From a virus: a stretch of DNA of 64,000 nt. Below the pieces are notes generated by a model, which ran no database searches, was not told the origin of the DNA, and saw only the letters and a program-made list of their open reading frames with translations. The stretch covers positions 1 through 64,000 of IMG/VR virus record IMGVR_UViG_3300019889_000008. One strand, given 5' to 3'. Below are positions 56,548 through 64,000 of this stretch, in pieces. The position numbers and the translations under genes are program-made. Within the stretch, counting starts at the first letter, position 1, and every line of letters starts with the position of its first letter.

Positions 56548-56877
56548 TTGTATGGCACTCATTTTTACTTTGCTTTTCCAGTTGCCAAGCCGTCCAAAAC
56601 GCGATCTCTTTTGGGCATGCTCTATTGTGATGCAGCCCTGTATCGAGTGCAGCGGTGGATCGAAGACCTCGATCCGAACCTGCGTTCTGCTGTCGTTCTG
56701 GCGGGCCTGACAGGGCTCAGTCTTGGGACCATGCGCCGCTTCTTGGCGCCGGGCGGGGTCGGCAACGCGACCCTCGATACCCTGCGGCGCCTGGAGCGGC
56801 ACGTGCCCGCGGATTTCATGCCGCTGCGCATGCACGCGGAGATCGCGCGGGACGAAAAGTCGGCGAACGCCGCCTGA
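56548..56877 (+). CDS. Cro-like HTH protein (true start probably downstream)
   Basis: LAGLTGLSLGTMRRF..NATLDTLRRLE; first gene of rightward operon. Confidence 0.6.
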   Translation: MYGTHFYFAFPVAKPSKTRSLLGMLYCDAALYRVQRWIEDLDPNLRSAVVLAGLTGLSLGTMRRFLAPGGVGNATLDTLRRLERHVPADFMPLRMHAEIARDEKSANAA

Positions 56878-56917
56878 CCACCAACGGGCCGGCGCGACCG
56901 GCCACGGGAGGCTCCCT

Positions 56918-57229
56918 ATGGTCGATTTCGAGAAGATGGTCGGTTCCGGAGCGCTGAAGAAGCGTCTGGCCACGGCGGTTGAGACGATCGCGGGGTACGA
57001 CCGCGACATCGCCGGGCTCAAGGCCCAGCGGAAGGAGGCCCTGGCCGCCGCCGAGGCCGACGACAAGCTGTCGCCCGGCGCTGTCGCCTATCTGGCCCAT
57101 CTCCACCGCACCGGCAACAGCGATCGGGTCACGTCGGCCATCTGGCCCGTGGTCGAGAAGTATGCCGAGGTGCTGGGCCTGAAACTGCCCGGCAAGGATC
57201 AGCTCGATCTCTTCGACGAGGGCGAATGA
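56918..57229 (+). CDS. GapR/DUF2312-like DNA-binding protein
   Basis: L...VETI....DI..L...RKE....A..Y..VLG; GGAGG RBS. Confidence 0.6.
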   Translation: MVDFEKMVGSGALKKRLATAVETIAGYDRDIAGLKAQRKEALAAAEADDKLSPGAVAYLAHLHRTGNSDRVTSAIWPVVEKYAEVLGLKLPGKDQLDLFDEGE

Positions 57230-57696
57230 TGGTTCGGCCGCCCAGGCCGCCGCCGCTCGGCACGTTGACGCCGTCCCAACTCCGCCGGCACCAGCTCTCG
57301 CTCGTGACAGAGGATGCGGTGCAGGCGGAGATCGTCTCGGTGCTGCGTCGGCTCCCGCCGCCGCCGCTCGGCCCCGCTTGGACGGCGATCAACCCGATCC
57401 CGGCCAAGAGCAAGGCTGTGGCCGGCATGTCGAAGCGGCTCGGGCTCGTGCCCGGCTTCCCGGATCTGCACGTGCTGTGGGGTGGCGTCGCCGCCTATGC
57501 CGAGTGCAAGCGGCCGATCGGTGGACAAGCCGGCTATCAGCAGCCCGAGGTCCAGGCCGCGCTCCGTGAAGCCGGCGGCCGGGTCGCGGTGGTGACCAGC
57601 CTGGACGAGTTCCTGGGCTTCCTCCGGTCGACGTTCCCGGAGCAATGGGCCGCGCTCGGCCTTGCCGCCCCGGTCCTGTGGAAGGCGATGCAATGA
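57226..57696 (+). CDS. VRR-NUC-like nuclease
   Basis: EDAVQ, GLVPGFPDL, ECKRP.G, Q..VQ..L..AG..V.VV.S. Confidence 0.82.
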   Translation: MMVRPPRPPPLGTLTPSQLRRHQLSLVTEDAVQAEIVSVLRRLPPPPLGPAWTAINPIPAKSKAVAGMSKRLGLVPGFPDLHVLWGGVAAYAECKRPIGGQAGYQQPEVQAALREAGGRVAVVTSLDEFLGFLRSTFPEQWAALGLAAPVLWKAMQ

Positions 57697-58004
57697 ACGC
57701 GATGTATTTCGCCGTGAAGGTCGGCCTGGCCGGCAATCCCAAGATCGCCGAGGCGGCCGAAATCTCGGGCACCGACCGGTCGGCCGTGGTGGCGGTGCTG
57801 CTGGCGATGCTGGAGGCGGCGGCGCAGTCGGACCCGCCCGGCGACCTGTCCGCCTTCGATCCGGAGGTGTGCGCCGAGGCTTACGGGATGGAGTGGGTCG
57901 ACATCGCATCGATCGTCGATGCCCTCCGGGCTGCCGGCGTCGTCGGTGTCGGCTTCAAGAACTGGGCCGACTGGGGGCCGCACGACGAGGGGGCCCGCCA
58001 ATGA
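57693..58004 (+). CDS. hypothetical protein resembling N-term of the replication initiator
   Basis: NPK...A..V.AVL..MLE.A.Q...GDL..FD.E parallels 58222 ORF. Confidence 0.6.
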   Translation: MNAMYFAVKVGLAGNPKIAEAAEISGTDRSAVVAVLLAMLEAAAQSDPPGDLSAFDPEVCAEAYGMEWVDIASIVDALRAAGVVGVGFKNWADWGPHDEGARQ

Positions 58005-58219
58005 CCCCGATCGCCGACATCCTCGACCGGGTGCTGTTCGAGATGGCCGAGGCGATGGACTGGCCGCTCGATCCCACGTCGCGGTTCTTCTACCGGCTCG
58101 CCGATCTGCTGCCGGCGGCCACGGTCAAGTCGCTGATCCTGGACGCCTGCCAGGCCGGCATCCTGTCGGTCAATCAGGCCCGCCGGCTGATCGTGGCCCT
58201 GGACCTGGGGGCCGAATAG
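58001..58219 (+). CDS. hypothetical protein
   Basis: ATGA coupling. Confidence 0.55.
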   Translation: MTPIADILDRVLFEMAEAMDWPLDPTSRFFYRLADLLPAATVKSLILDACQAGILSVNQARRLIVALDLGAE

Positions 58220-58221
58220 GG

Positions 58222-59043
58222 ATGGTCGAGAACTGGCTCCGCTGGCACGTCGGGACCGGAACCGATCCGAAATGGAAGGTGGTCGCCCGCCGTTGCCGCC
58301 AGCCGGTCCATGCGGTCCTCGCGGTGTGGGCGCTGATGCTGGAGTGCGCATCGCAGGCTGCCGACCGGGGCACCCTGGAGGGGTGGGACGACGAGGATGC
58401 CGGCGCAGCGCTGGACCTGACCGTCGAGGATGTGGCCGCGATCCGTGAGGCCATGCAGGGCAAGGTGCTCGACGGTGGTCGTCTTGAAGCCTGGAGCCGG
58501 CGGCAACCGAAACGCGAAGACAATTCGGCAGATCGTGTCCGTGCGTTCCGCCAGCGAAAGCGAGCGTCACCGATCGTTACGGATGGCGATGTAACACAGG
58601 GTAACGCTTCGGAAACGCAAAGAAACGCTAGAGGAGAGGAGAGGAGAGTAGAGGAGAAGAGAGAAGAACAAGATCCGGTTTTTTCGCTTCGCTCAAAAAC
58701 CGACGCTCCTCGCGTTTCGGCTGAAGCCGAGCCCGCGGTCGCGTCGCCGATCGAACCGAAGGCCCCGGAAACACCGCAGCAGGCCCCGTCCAGGCCCATC
58801 GGCGACGTGCTGTGGGCGGAGGGGCTGGCGTACCTCAAACGGGCTGGTGTGCCGGAAAAGCAAGCCCGGTCGCTGCTGGGTCGCTGGCGCCGCGACTTCG
58901 GCGACGGCGAGGCCCTGGCCGCCATTGCCGAAGCCGACAAGGCCGCTGCCACGCAGCCGGTCGAATTCGTCACCGCCATCCTCCAGCGCCGCCGGCAGAC
59001 CAGAAGCCGCGATGCGCCGTCGTCCACCCGGTACGCGATCTAG
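58222..59043 (+). CDS. phage replication initiator protein
   Basis: WLRWHVGT.TDPKW, W.RRQPKRED.SA.R..AFRQRK, VT..NA..TQ..EERR linker, ARSLLGRWRRD. Confidence 0.8.
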   Translation: MVENWLRWHVGTGTDPKWKVVARRCRQPVHAVLAVWALMLECASQAADRGTLEGWDDEDAGAALDLTVEDVAAIREAMQGKVLDGGRLEAWSRRQPKREDNSADRVRAFRQRKRASPIVTDGDVTQGNASETQRNARGEERRVEEKREEQDPVFSLRSKTDAPRVSAEAEPAVASPIEPKAPETPQQAPSRPIGDVLWAEGLAYLKRAGVPEKQARSLLGRWRRDFGDGEALAAIAEADKAAATQPVEFVTAILQRRRQTRSRDAPSSTRYAI

Positions 59044-59050
59044 GCCGGCC

Positions 59051-59365
59051 ATGCGGGTCGAGGTCACCAGCGTCCGCCAGGGGCTCGAAGCCCAAGGCTT
59101 CCGGCTCCGCTCCTACAACCCCGGCGAGCACCACTCCGTCTGCCCACGGTGCAGCCCCCAGAGGACGAAGAAAAATGCCCGATGCGTTTCCGTCCGGATC
59201 GAGCCCGATGGGGCCGCATGGCAATGCCACCACTGCGGATGGCGAGACGGCTTCCGGCTACACGGCGATCAGCCGGGCCGCCGAGAAGTGGTTCCACAAG
59301 CGGGGCATCCATCACGGCGCCCTTCGGGTTGGCGGCGTGTATTCGGAGGTTCGGGGCGGCTCTGA
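59051..59365 (+). CDS. primase zinc-binding domain (separate frame)
   Basis: CPRCS..R.KK..C.SV..WQCHHCGW. Confidence 0.75.
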   Translation: MRVEVTSVRQGLEAQGFRLRSYNPGEHHSVCPRCSPQRTKKNARCVSVRIEPDGAAWQCHHCGWRDGFRLHGDQPGRREVVPQAGHPSRRPSGWRRVFGGSGRL

Positions 59366-61727
59366 GGCGATCGTCTTCCCCTACCGGCGTCGCGGCACGA
59401 TCGTGAACCGGAAATATCGAGCCGAGGGCAAGCGGCTCTGGATGGATACCGGCGGCGAGTTGATCCTGTGGAACCTGGACTGCCTGCTGTCGAACCCGGA
59501 TCACGTCTACATCGTCGAGGGCGAGCCGGACGCCCTGGCCTTCATGGAGGCCGGGATCTGGAACGTGGTCTCGGTCCCGAACGGCGCGGCTCCGCCGGTT
59601 GAAGATGGCGACCGGGGGGTGCCCGAGCCCGACCGGGACGATGCCTTCCGCTACCTGTGGAACTGCCGGGACGAGTTGGCCGGCAAGCGCTTCGTCCTGG
59701 CCGGCGACACGGATGCGCCTGGCGTGCATCTCCGCCATTCGCTCGTGGCCCGGCTCGGCCGCGCCAACTGCGACGTCGTCGATTGGCCCGAGGGGGTCAA
59801 GGACGGCAATGACTACCTGATCGAGGTCGGGCCCGAAGCCTTCGCCGAGTACGTGCGGGCCAGCCGCAAGCCGTATCCCATCCGGGGCCTGTGGGCATGG
59901 AACGAGGTCCAGCCGACCCCGCCGATGGAGACCCTCGACATCGGCATCCCGCTGCTGCGCCAGCACGTCCGGCTGGCCCGCGGAACCGTCTCGGTCGTCA
60001 CCGGCATCCCGAACCACGGGAAGGCATTGGACATCGACACGCCGATCCCGACGCCATCGGGCTGGACCACCATGGGCGCGTTGCAACCCGGCGATCAGGT
60101 GTTCGACGAGAAGGGGAAGCCGTGCCGGGTCGTCGCCGCAACGCCGGTCATGCACGACCGACCGTGCCACCGGATGCGGTTCTCGGGCGGCGCCGAGATC
60201 GTGGCCGATGCCGCTCACGAATGGGCGACCGTATCTGAGGCGGCTCGGCGCCGCGCCAGGACCACCAGCACCAATGCTCGGCTGTCGATCTCCACGACCG
60301 CGGAGATCGCGGCGTCGCTGAAATCGCAAGGCAAGAACAACCACCAGATCCCGCTCTGCCGGCCGCTGGAACTCCCGGAGGCGGCGTTGCCGATCGAGCC
60401 CTATGTCCTCGGCGTCTGGCTCGGCAATGGCACCACCGCATCGTCCGGCCTCACGCAGTTCGACCTAGCCGTGATCACGGGCATCCGCGAGGCCGGCTAC
60501 GGCGTGAACGAGCGAGCCCGCGCCGGGAGCTTCTGGATCGTCGGCCTCAACCCGCTGCTGCGTGCCCTGGGCCTGCTCGGCGACAAGCACATCCCGGCGA
60601 TCTATCTCCGGGCCTCGGCTCCGCAGCGGCTGGCTCTGCTGCAAGGTCTGATGGACACGGACGGTTACTGCCATCCGGAGAACGGATGCGAGTTCACGTC
60701 CGTCAAGCGCGCGCTCGCCGAGGGCGCCTATGAACTGGCACTGTCGCTCGGTATCCGGGCTCGCTGGAGCGAGGGCAGAGCAACGATCGACGGCCGGGAT
60801 TGCGGCCCGAAATATCGGGTGCTGTTCTCAACCGACGTCCCGGTGTTCCGCCTGGAGCGGAAACTCGCACGCCAGAAGATCGGTCGGCACACGAAGGTCG
60901 GCGCCTGGACGGTCACCGCCTGCGACCCCGTCGACAGCGTGCCGGTGCGATGCATCCAGGTTGACTCGCCGTCCAGCCTGTTCCTCGCCGGGCGGCAGAT
61001 GATCCCGACGCACAACTCCGCCCTGTGGAAGCAGATCGCCTGCCAGATGATCAAACTCCACGGCTGGAACGTCACCGCCGCCAGTTTCGAGGACCGGGTC
61101 TACGCGAACCTCATGCCCGAGCTGCTCCGGATCATGAGCGGCCTCGGGCCCTCCCTGGAGCCCTGGGTCGTGGCGGCGCGGGCCGAGGCGGCCCTGGTGC
61201 TGGCCAAGCACATGTCCTTCATCGCCGACGAGGGCTATGTCGACGAGCCCATGACCCTGAAGTGGCTGGTCGACATCGCACGGGATGCGAAGATCCGGTA
61301 CGGCACCGCCTTCTTGATCTTCGACCCGTGGAACGAGATCGAGCACCTGTGGGGTCGCGATCAGAACGAGACGCAGTACATCGGCGAGGCGCTCCGGGAT
61401 CTGAGGCGGCTCGCCGTCGAACTGGACATGCACATCATGATCGTCGCGCACCCGACCAAGGTGCTCGATGGTCAGGCGCCAGGGCTCTACCACATTTCCG
61501 GATCGGCCCATTGGGCAAACAAGGTCGACATCGGCCTTGTCGTGCATCAGCCGCACTTCGCCCAAGGCCCAGGCGGCCCGACCGAGATCTACGTCCGCAA
61601 GATCAAGCGCGCCGAACTCGGTCAGCGCGGGATCGTGACCGTCCAGTTCAACCCGGCCACCGCCTCGTTCGAGGCCCCAGCCGGCCGCCCCTTTGATGAT
61701 CCCGACGTGGAAAGGACCGCAGCATGA
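59175..61727 (+). CDS. TOPRIM primase-SF4 helicase (T7 gp4/Twinkle-like) with intein; start uncertain
   Basis: WF..RGI, IVEGEPDAL, SVPNGA, D.D.PG, KDGND; TGIPNHGK/S, DPWNE, VAHPTK, ISGSAHW.NK.D. Confidence 0.9.
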   Translation: MPDAFPSGSSPMGPHGNATTADGETASGYTAISRAAEKWFHKRGIHHGALRVGGVYSEVRGGSEAIVFPYRRRGTIVNRKYRAEGKRLWMDTGGELILWNLDCLLSNPDHVYIVEGEPDALAFMEAGIWNVVSVPNGAAPPVEDGDRGVPEPDRDDAFRYLWNCRDELAGKRFVLAGDTDAPGVHLRHSLVARLGRANCDVVDWPEGVKDGNDYLIEVGPEAFAEYVRASRKPYPIRGLWAWNEVQPTPPMETLDIGIPLLRQHVRLARGTVSVVTGIPNHGKALDIDTPIPTPSGWTTMGALQPGDQVFDEKGKPCRVVAATPVMHDRPCHRMRFSGGAEIVADAAHEWATVSEAARRRARTTSTNARLSISTTAEIAASLKSQGKNNHQIPLCRPLELPEAALPIEPYVLGVWLGNGTTASSGLTQFDLAVITGIREAGYGVNERARAGSFWIVGLNPLLRALGLLGDKHIPAIYLRASAPQRLALLQGLMDTDGYCHPENGCEFTSVKRALAEGAYELALSLGIRARWSEGRATIDGRDCGPKYRVLFSTDVPVFRLERKLARQKIGRHTKVGAWTVTACDPVDSVPVRCIQVDSPSSLFLAGRQMIPTHNSALWKQIACQMIKLHGWNVTAASFEDRVYANLMPELLRIMSGLGPSLEPWVVAARAEAALVLAKHMSFIADEGYVDEPMTLKWLVDIARDAKIRYGTAFLIFDPWNEIEHLWGRDQNETQYIGEALRDLRRLAVELDMHIMIVAHPTKVLDGQAPGLYHISGSAHWANKVDIGLVVHQPHFAQGPGGPTEIYVRKIKRAELGQRGIVTVQFNPATASFEAPAGRPFDDPDVERTAA
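60024..61016 (+). mobile_element. class 3 (Ala1, WCT) intein with LAGLIDADG domain in helicase P-loop
   Basis: GK|ALDIDTPIPTPSGW..HEW..VRCIQV..PTHN|S; LGVWLGNG and LQGLMDTDG. Confidence 0.93.
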
Positions 61728-62014
61728 GCGATGCAATGAACGAGGGCCTGCCCGTGGCCGGCTACCGGCCGCAGACCGACGAGGCCGTCGCTCTCGTCAA
61801 CGAGAACAAGGAACTGGAGGAGCGCGTCCTTCGCCAGATGGATGCGATCCGCGCGCTCGTCAACGAGGGCGAGCCGGACCTGATCGACTTGCGGTGGTTC
61901 GCCATCGCCAGGACGCAGATCGAGCAGGGCTTCATGGCGCTCAACCGGTCGATCTTCAAACCCGGCCGGGTCCGCCTAGCCGACGACGATGCGCCGCCGA
62001 AGGCAGGGCCGTGA
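61724..62014 (+). CDS. Acb2-like cyclic-oligonucleotide sponge (anti-CBASS candidate)
   Basis: GYR..T.E...VN..K..EE ... RW.AIA.TQI.QGFMA..R.I..P matches my recollection of the Acb2 family pattern. Confidence 0.8.
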   Translation: MSDAMNEGLPVAGYRPQTDEAVALVNENKELEERVLRQMDAIRALVNEGEPDLIDLRWFAIARTQIEQGFMALNRSIFKPGRVRLADDDAPPKAGP

Positions 62015-62214
62015 TGGGATGGTTCCTCAATTGGTTTTGGGGGCCTGAGCCCGAGTTCAAGCCGGGCGAGGCCCTGCCGTTCCTCCGCTGGCGCGGCGAC
62101 CGTCTCGTCCGGCCGCGGGTCCCGCCGCCGATCCAGTACATCATCCAGGGCCCCCGGCTCCCGTGGGTCAACGAGCACAAAATGCCGGGCCGCCGTCCGG
62201 AGGATCTCCGCTGA
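62014..62214 (+). CDS. hypothetical protein
   Basis: Coupled ORF. Confidence 0.45.
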   Translation: MGWFLNWFWGPEPEFKPGEALPFLRWRGDRLVRPRVPPPIQYIIQGPRLPWVNEHKMPGRRPEDLR

Positions 62215-63305
62215 TGCTCCGCCTGCTCGATCTCTTCGCCGGCATCGGCGGCATGAGCCTGGGCCTCCAGCGATCGGGCCATTTCCGCCCGGTGGCGTTC
62301 TGCGAGATCGATCCGTTCTGCCAGCACGTCCTCCGCAAGCATTGGCCCGAGGTTCCGATCTATGGCGACGTCCGAACCCTCAACCGAGCCCGCCTCGCCG
62401 CCGATGGAATTGCCGTTGACGCCATCTGCGGCGGCTTCCCCTGCCAGGACATCTCGGCCGCGGGGCGAGGCGCGGGGCTTCATGGCTCCCGTTCCGTTCT
62501 CTGGCGTGAGTTCGCTCGACTGCTTGGCGATCTACGACCCCGATACGCGATCGTGGAAAACGTCGATGCTCTCGCTTTTCGGGGTCTCGGAATCGTTCTT
62601 GGAGACTTGGCCGCGCTCGGGTTCGATGCGGTCTGGCATTGCATACCGGCTGCCGCCGTTGGTGCCCGACACCTGCGCGAGCGGGTCTGGATTGTGGCCT
62701 ACACCGATCGCTCGGGATTGGAAGAGCAGTTCTACCGCCACGCGCCAGAACTCGCGGCCGCTGTCGGAACACATACCTGGGGCTCTGAACCCCCTGTGGG
62801 TCGAATGGCTTATGGGATTTCCCCTTTACTGGTCGGAGGTGGCGTAGATGAAGCGGCCGTGGCGCATCCGGAAGGCGGCGCAGCGCGCCGTCTCGCTGGC
62901 CGGAAAGCAATGCAGCGAGTGCAACGGGACGCACCGGCTCCAGAGACATCATCCGGATTATTCGAAGCCGAGCGAGATCGTCATCCTCTGCCAGCGGTGC
63001 CACGTCGCGGCCGACATAGCAGCAGGCTTCCGGAAGGTGAAGCAGCCGAAGCTCTGCAAGGTGTGCGGAACCGAGTTCCTGCCGAACCACAGCCGGAAGC
63101 ACAGCACGTGCAGCCGGGAGTGCCTCTCGGAGATCGGCCGCCAGAATTCGTTGAAGCGGTGGCGCCGGGTGGCCGAAAACCAAAGGCCCGCAAGCGCAAG
63201 CTGATGAAGAACCGCGTCAACCGCGTTCGCGCGCTCGGCAATTCCGCGGTCCCACAAATCCCGGAAATCATTGGCCGTCTGATCGGCAACCTGGAGGCAG
63301 CGTGA
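62214..63305 (+). CDS. C5 cytosine DNA methyltransferase (alpha chain; motifs I-VIII and X)
   Basis: DLFAGIGG, GGFPCQD, ENV, RERVW, ALGNSAVP. Confidence 0.93.
   Translation: MLRLLDLFAGIGGMSLGLQRSGHFRPVAFCEIDPFCQHVLRKHWPEVPIYGDVRTLNRARLAADGIAVDAICGGFPCQDISAAGRGAGLHGSRSVLWREFARLLGDLRPRYAIVENVDALAFRGLGIVLGDLAALGFDAVWHCIPAAAVGARHLRERVWIVAYTDRSGLEEQFYRHAPELAAAVGTHTWGSEPPVGRMAYGISPLLVGGGVDEAAVAHPEGGAARRLAGRKAMQRVQRDAPAPETSSGLFEAERDRHPLPAVPRRGRHSSRLPEGEAAEALQGVRNRVPAEPQPEAQHVQPGVPLGDRPPEFVEAVAPGGRKPKARKRKLMKNRVNRVRALGNSAVPQIPEIIGRLIGNLEAA
62362..62847 (+). CDS. overprinted methyltransferase beta chain carrying motif IX
   Basis: SWKTS, WPRSG.MRSG, WPTP.ARDWK, LNPLWVEWLMGFP in alternative frame. Confidence 0.75.
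   Translation: MATSEPSTEPASPPMELPLTPSAAASPARTSRPRGEARGFMAPVPFSGVSSLDCLAIYDPDTRSWKTSMLSLFGVSESFLETWPRSGSMRSGIAYRLPPLVPDTCASGSGLWPTPIARDWKSSSTATRQNSRPLSEHIPGALNPLWVEWLMGFPLYWSEVA
62848..63204 (+). CDS. nested HNH-like/zinc-finger protein
   Basis: GGAGG RBS; CSEC..HHPDYSKP..LCQRCH; CKVCG..CSREC. Confidence 0.72.
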   Translation: MKRPWRIRKAAQRAVSLAGKQCSECNGTHRLQRHHPDYSKPSEIVILCQRCHVAADIAAGFRKVKQPKLCKVCGTEFLPNHSRKHSTCSRECLSEIGRQNSLKRWRRVAENQRPASAS

Positions 63306-63982
63306 TCCACTATCACGGGACGCCGATCTCCCCGGTGATCGAACGGCAGAAGATGGCCGGCAAGCACTTCTGCGTCTCGTTCGAGCGGCCGGACGATGCC
63401 GAATGGTGCCTCGCCAACGGGCAGTCGGTGCTGTGGGACAATGGGGCCTATAGCGCCTTCCGCCACGGCAAGCCGCTGGACACCGGCAAGCTTTACGCAT
63501 GGCTTGAGCGGCGTCTGGCGCAGCCCCATTGGGCCATCATCCCAGACCGGATCGGCGGCGACACCGACGAGCAGCGGGCCATGGTTTCGGCCTGGCCGTT
63601 CCCGAGGACCCTCGGAGCGCCGGTCTGGCACATGGCGCTGGCGATCGACTATTTGCTCGAACTGGCCGACGAGTGGCCGAGGATCTGCTTCGGCAGTTCC
63701 GCTCGATACTGGCAGATCGGCAGCCCGATTTGGGAGCGCCGCTGCGACGAGGCGTTCAACGCCCTGGCCAAGCGGCATCCGCGGTTGCCGTGGGTCCACA
63801 TGCTGCGCGGCCTCGCCCTGGCCGGCGACCGGTGGCCCTTCGCCTCGGTCGACAGCGCCAACGTCGGGCGAAACTTCAAGACCCTCAACACGTGTCCCGA
63901 GCGCATGGCCCGCCGGCTCGACGCCATCCAGTGCCCGATCATCTGGACCCCGCGGATGGTGCAGCAGGATCTCGTCGCATGA
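63302..63982 (+). CDS. conserved phage protein, possibly TGT/DpdA-like fold
   Basis: MIHYHGTPI, DNGAYS, PD.IGG, PVWH, HML, SVDS. Confidence 0.6.
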   Translation: MIHYHGTPISPVIERQKMAGKHFCVSFERPDDAEWCLANGQSVLWDNGAYSAFRHGKPLDTGKLYAWLERRLAQPHWAIIPDRIGGDTDEQRAMVSAWPFPRTLGAPVWHMALAIDYLLELADEWPRICFGSSARYWQIGSPIWERRCDEAFNALAKRHPRLPWVHMLRGLALAGDRWPFASVDSANVGRNFKTLNTCPERMARRLDAIQCPIIWTPRMVQQDLVA

Positions 63983-64000
63983 TGCTCCTGGCCCTCTACG
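63979..64000 (+). CDS. start of hydrophobic ORF truncated by window end
   Basis: ATGA overlap; MMLLALY. Confidence 0.4.

Noticed and set aside
56553-56575. Sigma54 promoter (TGGCAC)
   Set aside because: TTGC is not at the required spacing

Overview
Nearly complete genome of a GC-rich temperate long-tailed (HK97-head) phage. The host is probably an alphaproteobacterium, inferred from GTA-like tail genes and a GapR-like gene. 0.3-29 kb (+) is the late operon: ParB-methyltransferase, terminase, protease-capsid fusion, two glycosyltransferase-like genes, portal, P-loop/collagen fibre, head-tail and tail genes with a G-GGA-AAA -1 frameshift, tape measure, Ig-repeat tail tip, SGNH-esterase fibre and a GH19 lysis cassette. 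29.0-39.1 kb is an operator-rich control region followed by an accessory operon of small, partly paralogous genes. 39.3-56.3 kb (mostly -) holds a Ro60/TROVE gene with two Y RNAs, an array of canonical and aberrant tRNAs and other structured RNA candidates, a metallophosphoesterase, a macrodomain protein, a putative attP, integrase/excisionase, ERF recombinase and Gp157. 56.5-64 kb (+) is replication and anti-defence: initiator, split primase-helicase with a class 3 intein, Acb2-like sponge, and a C5 methyltransferase with two overprinted ORFs. The best candidate for an undescribed system is the 40.4-46.7 kb RNA module. It combines Ro60, YrlA, a short Y RNA, a D-armless tRNA(GUA) with a predicted pseudoknot, an 8/4 tRNA-Ser and a tRNA-like RNA with a long insert, and it contains one copy of a dispersed GGGCAC-N6-GTGCCC palindrome. 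All calls come from manual motif and base-pairing inspection; no searches were run.
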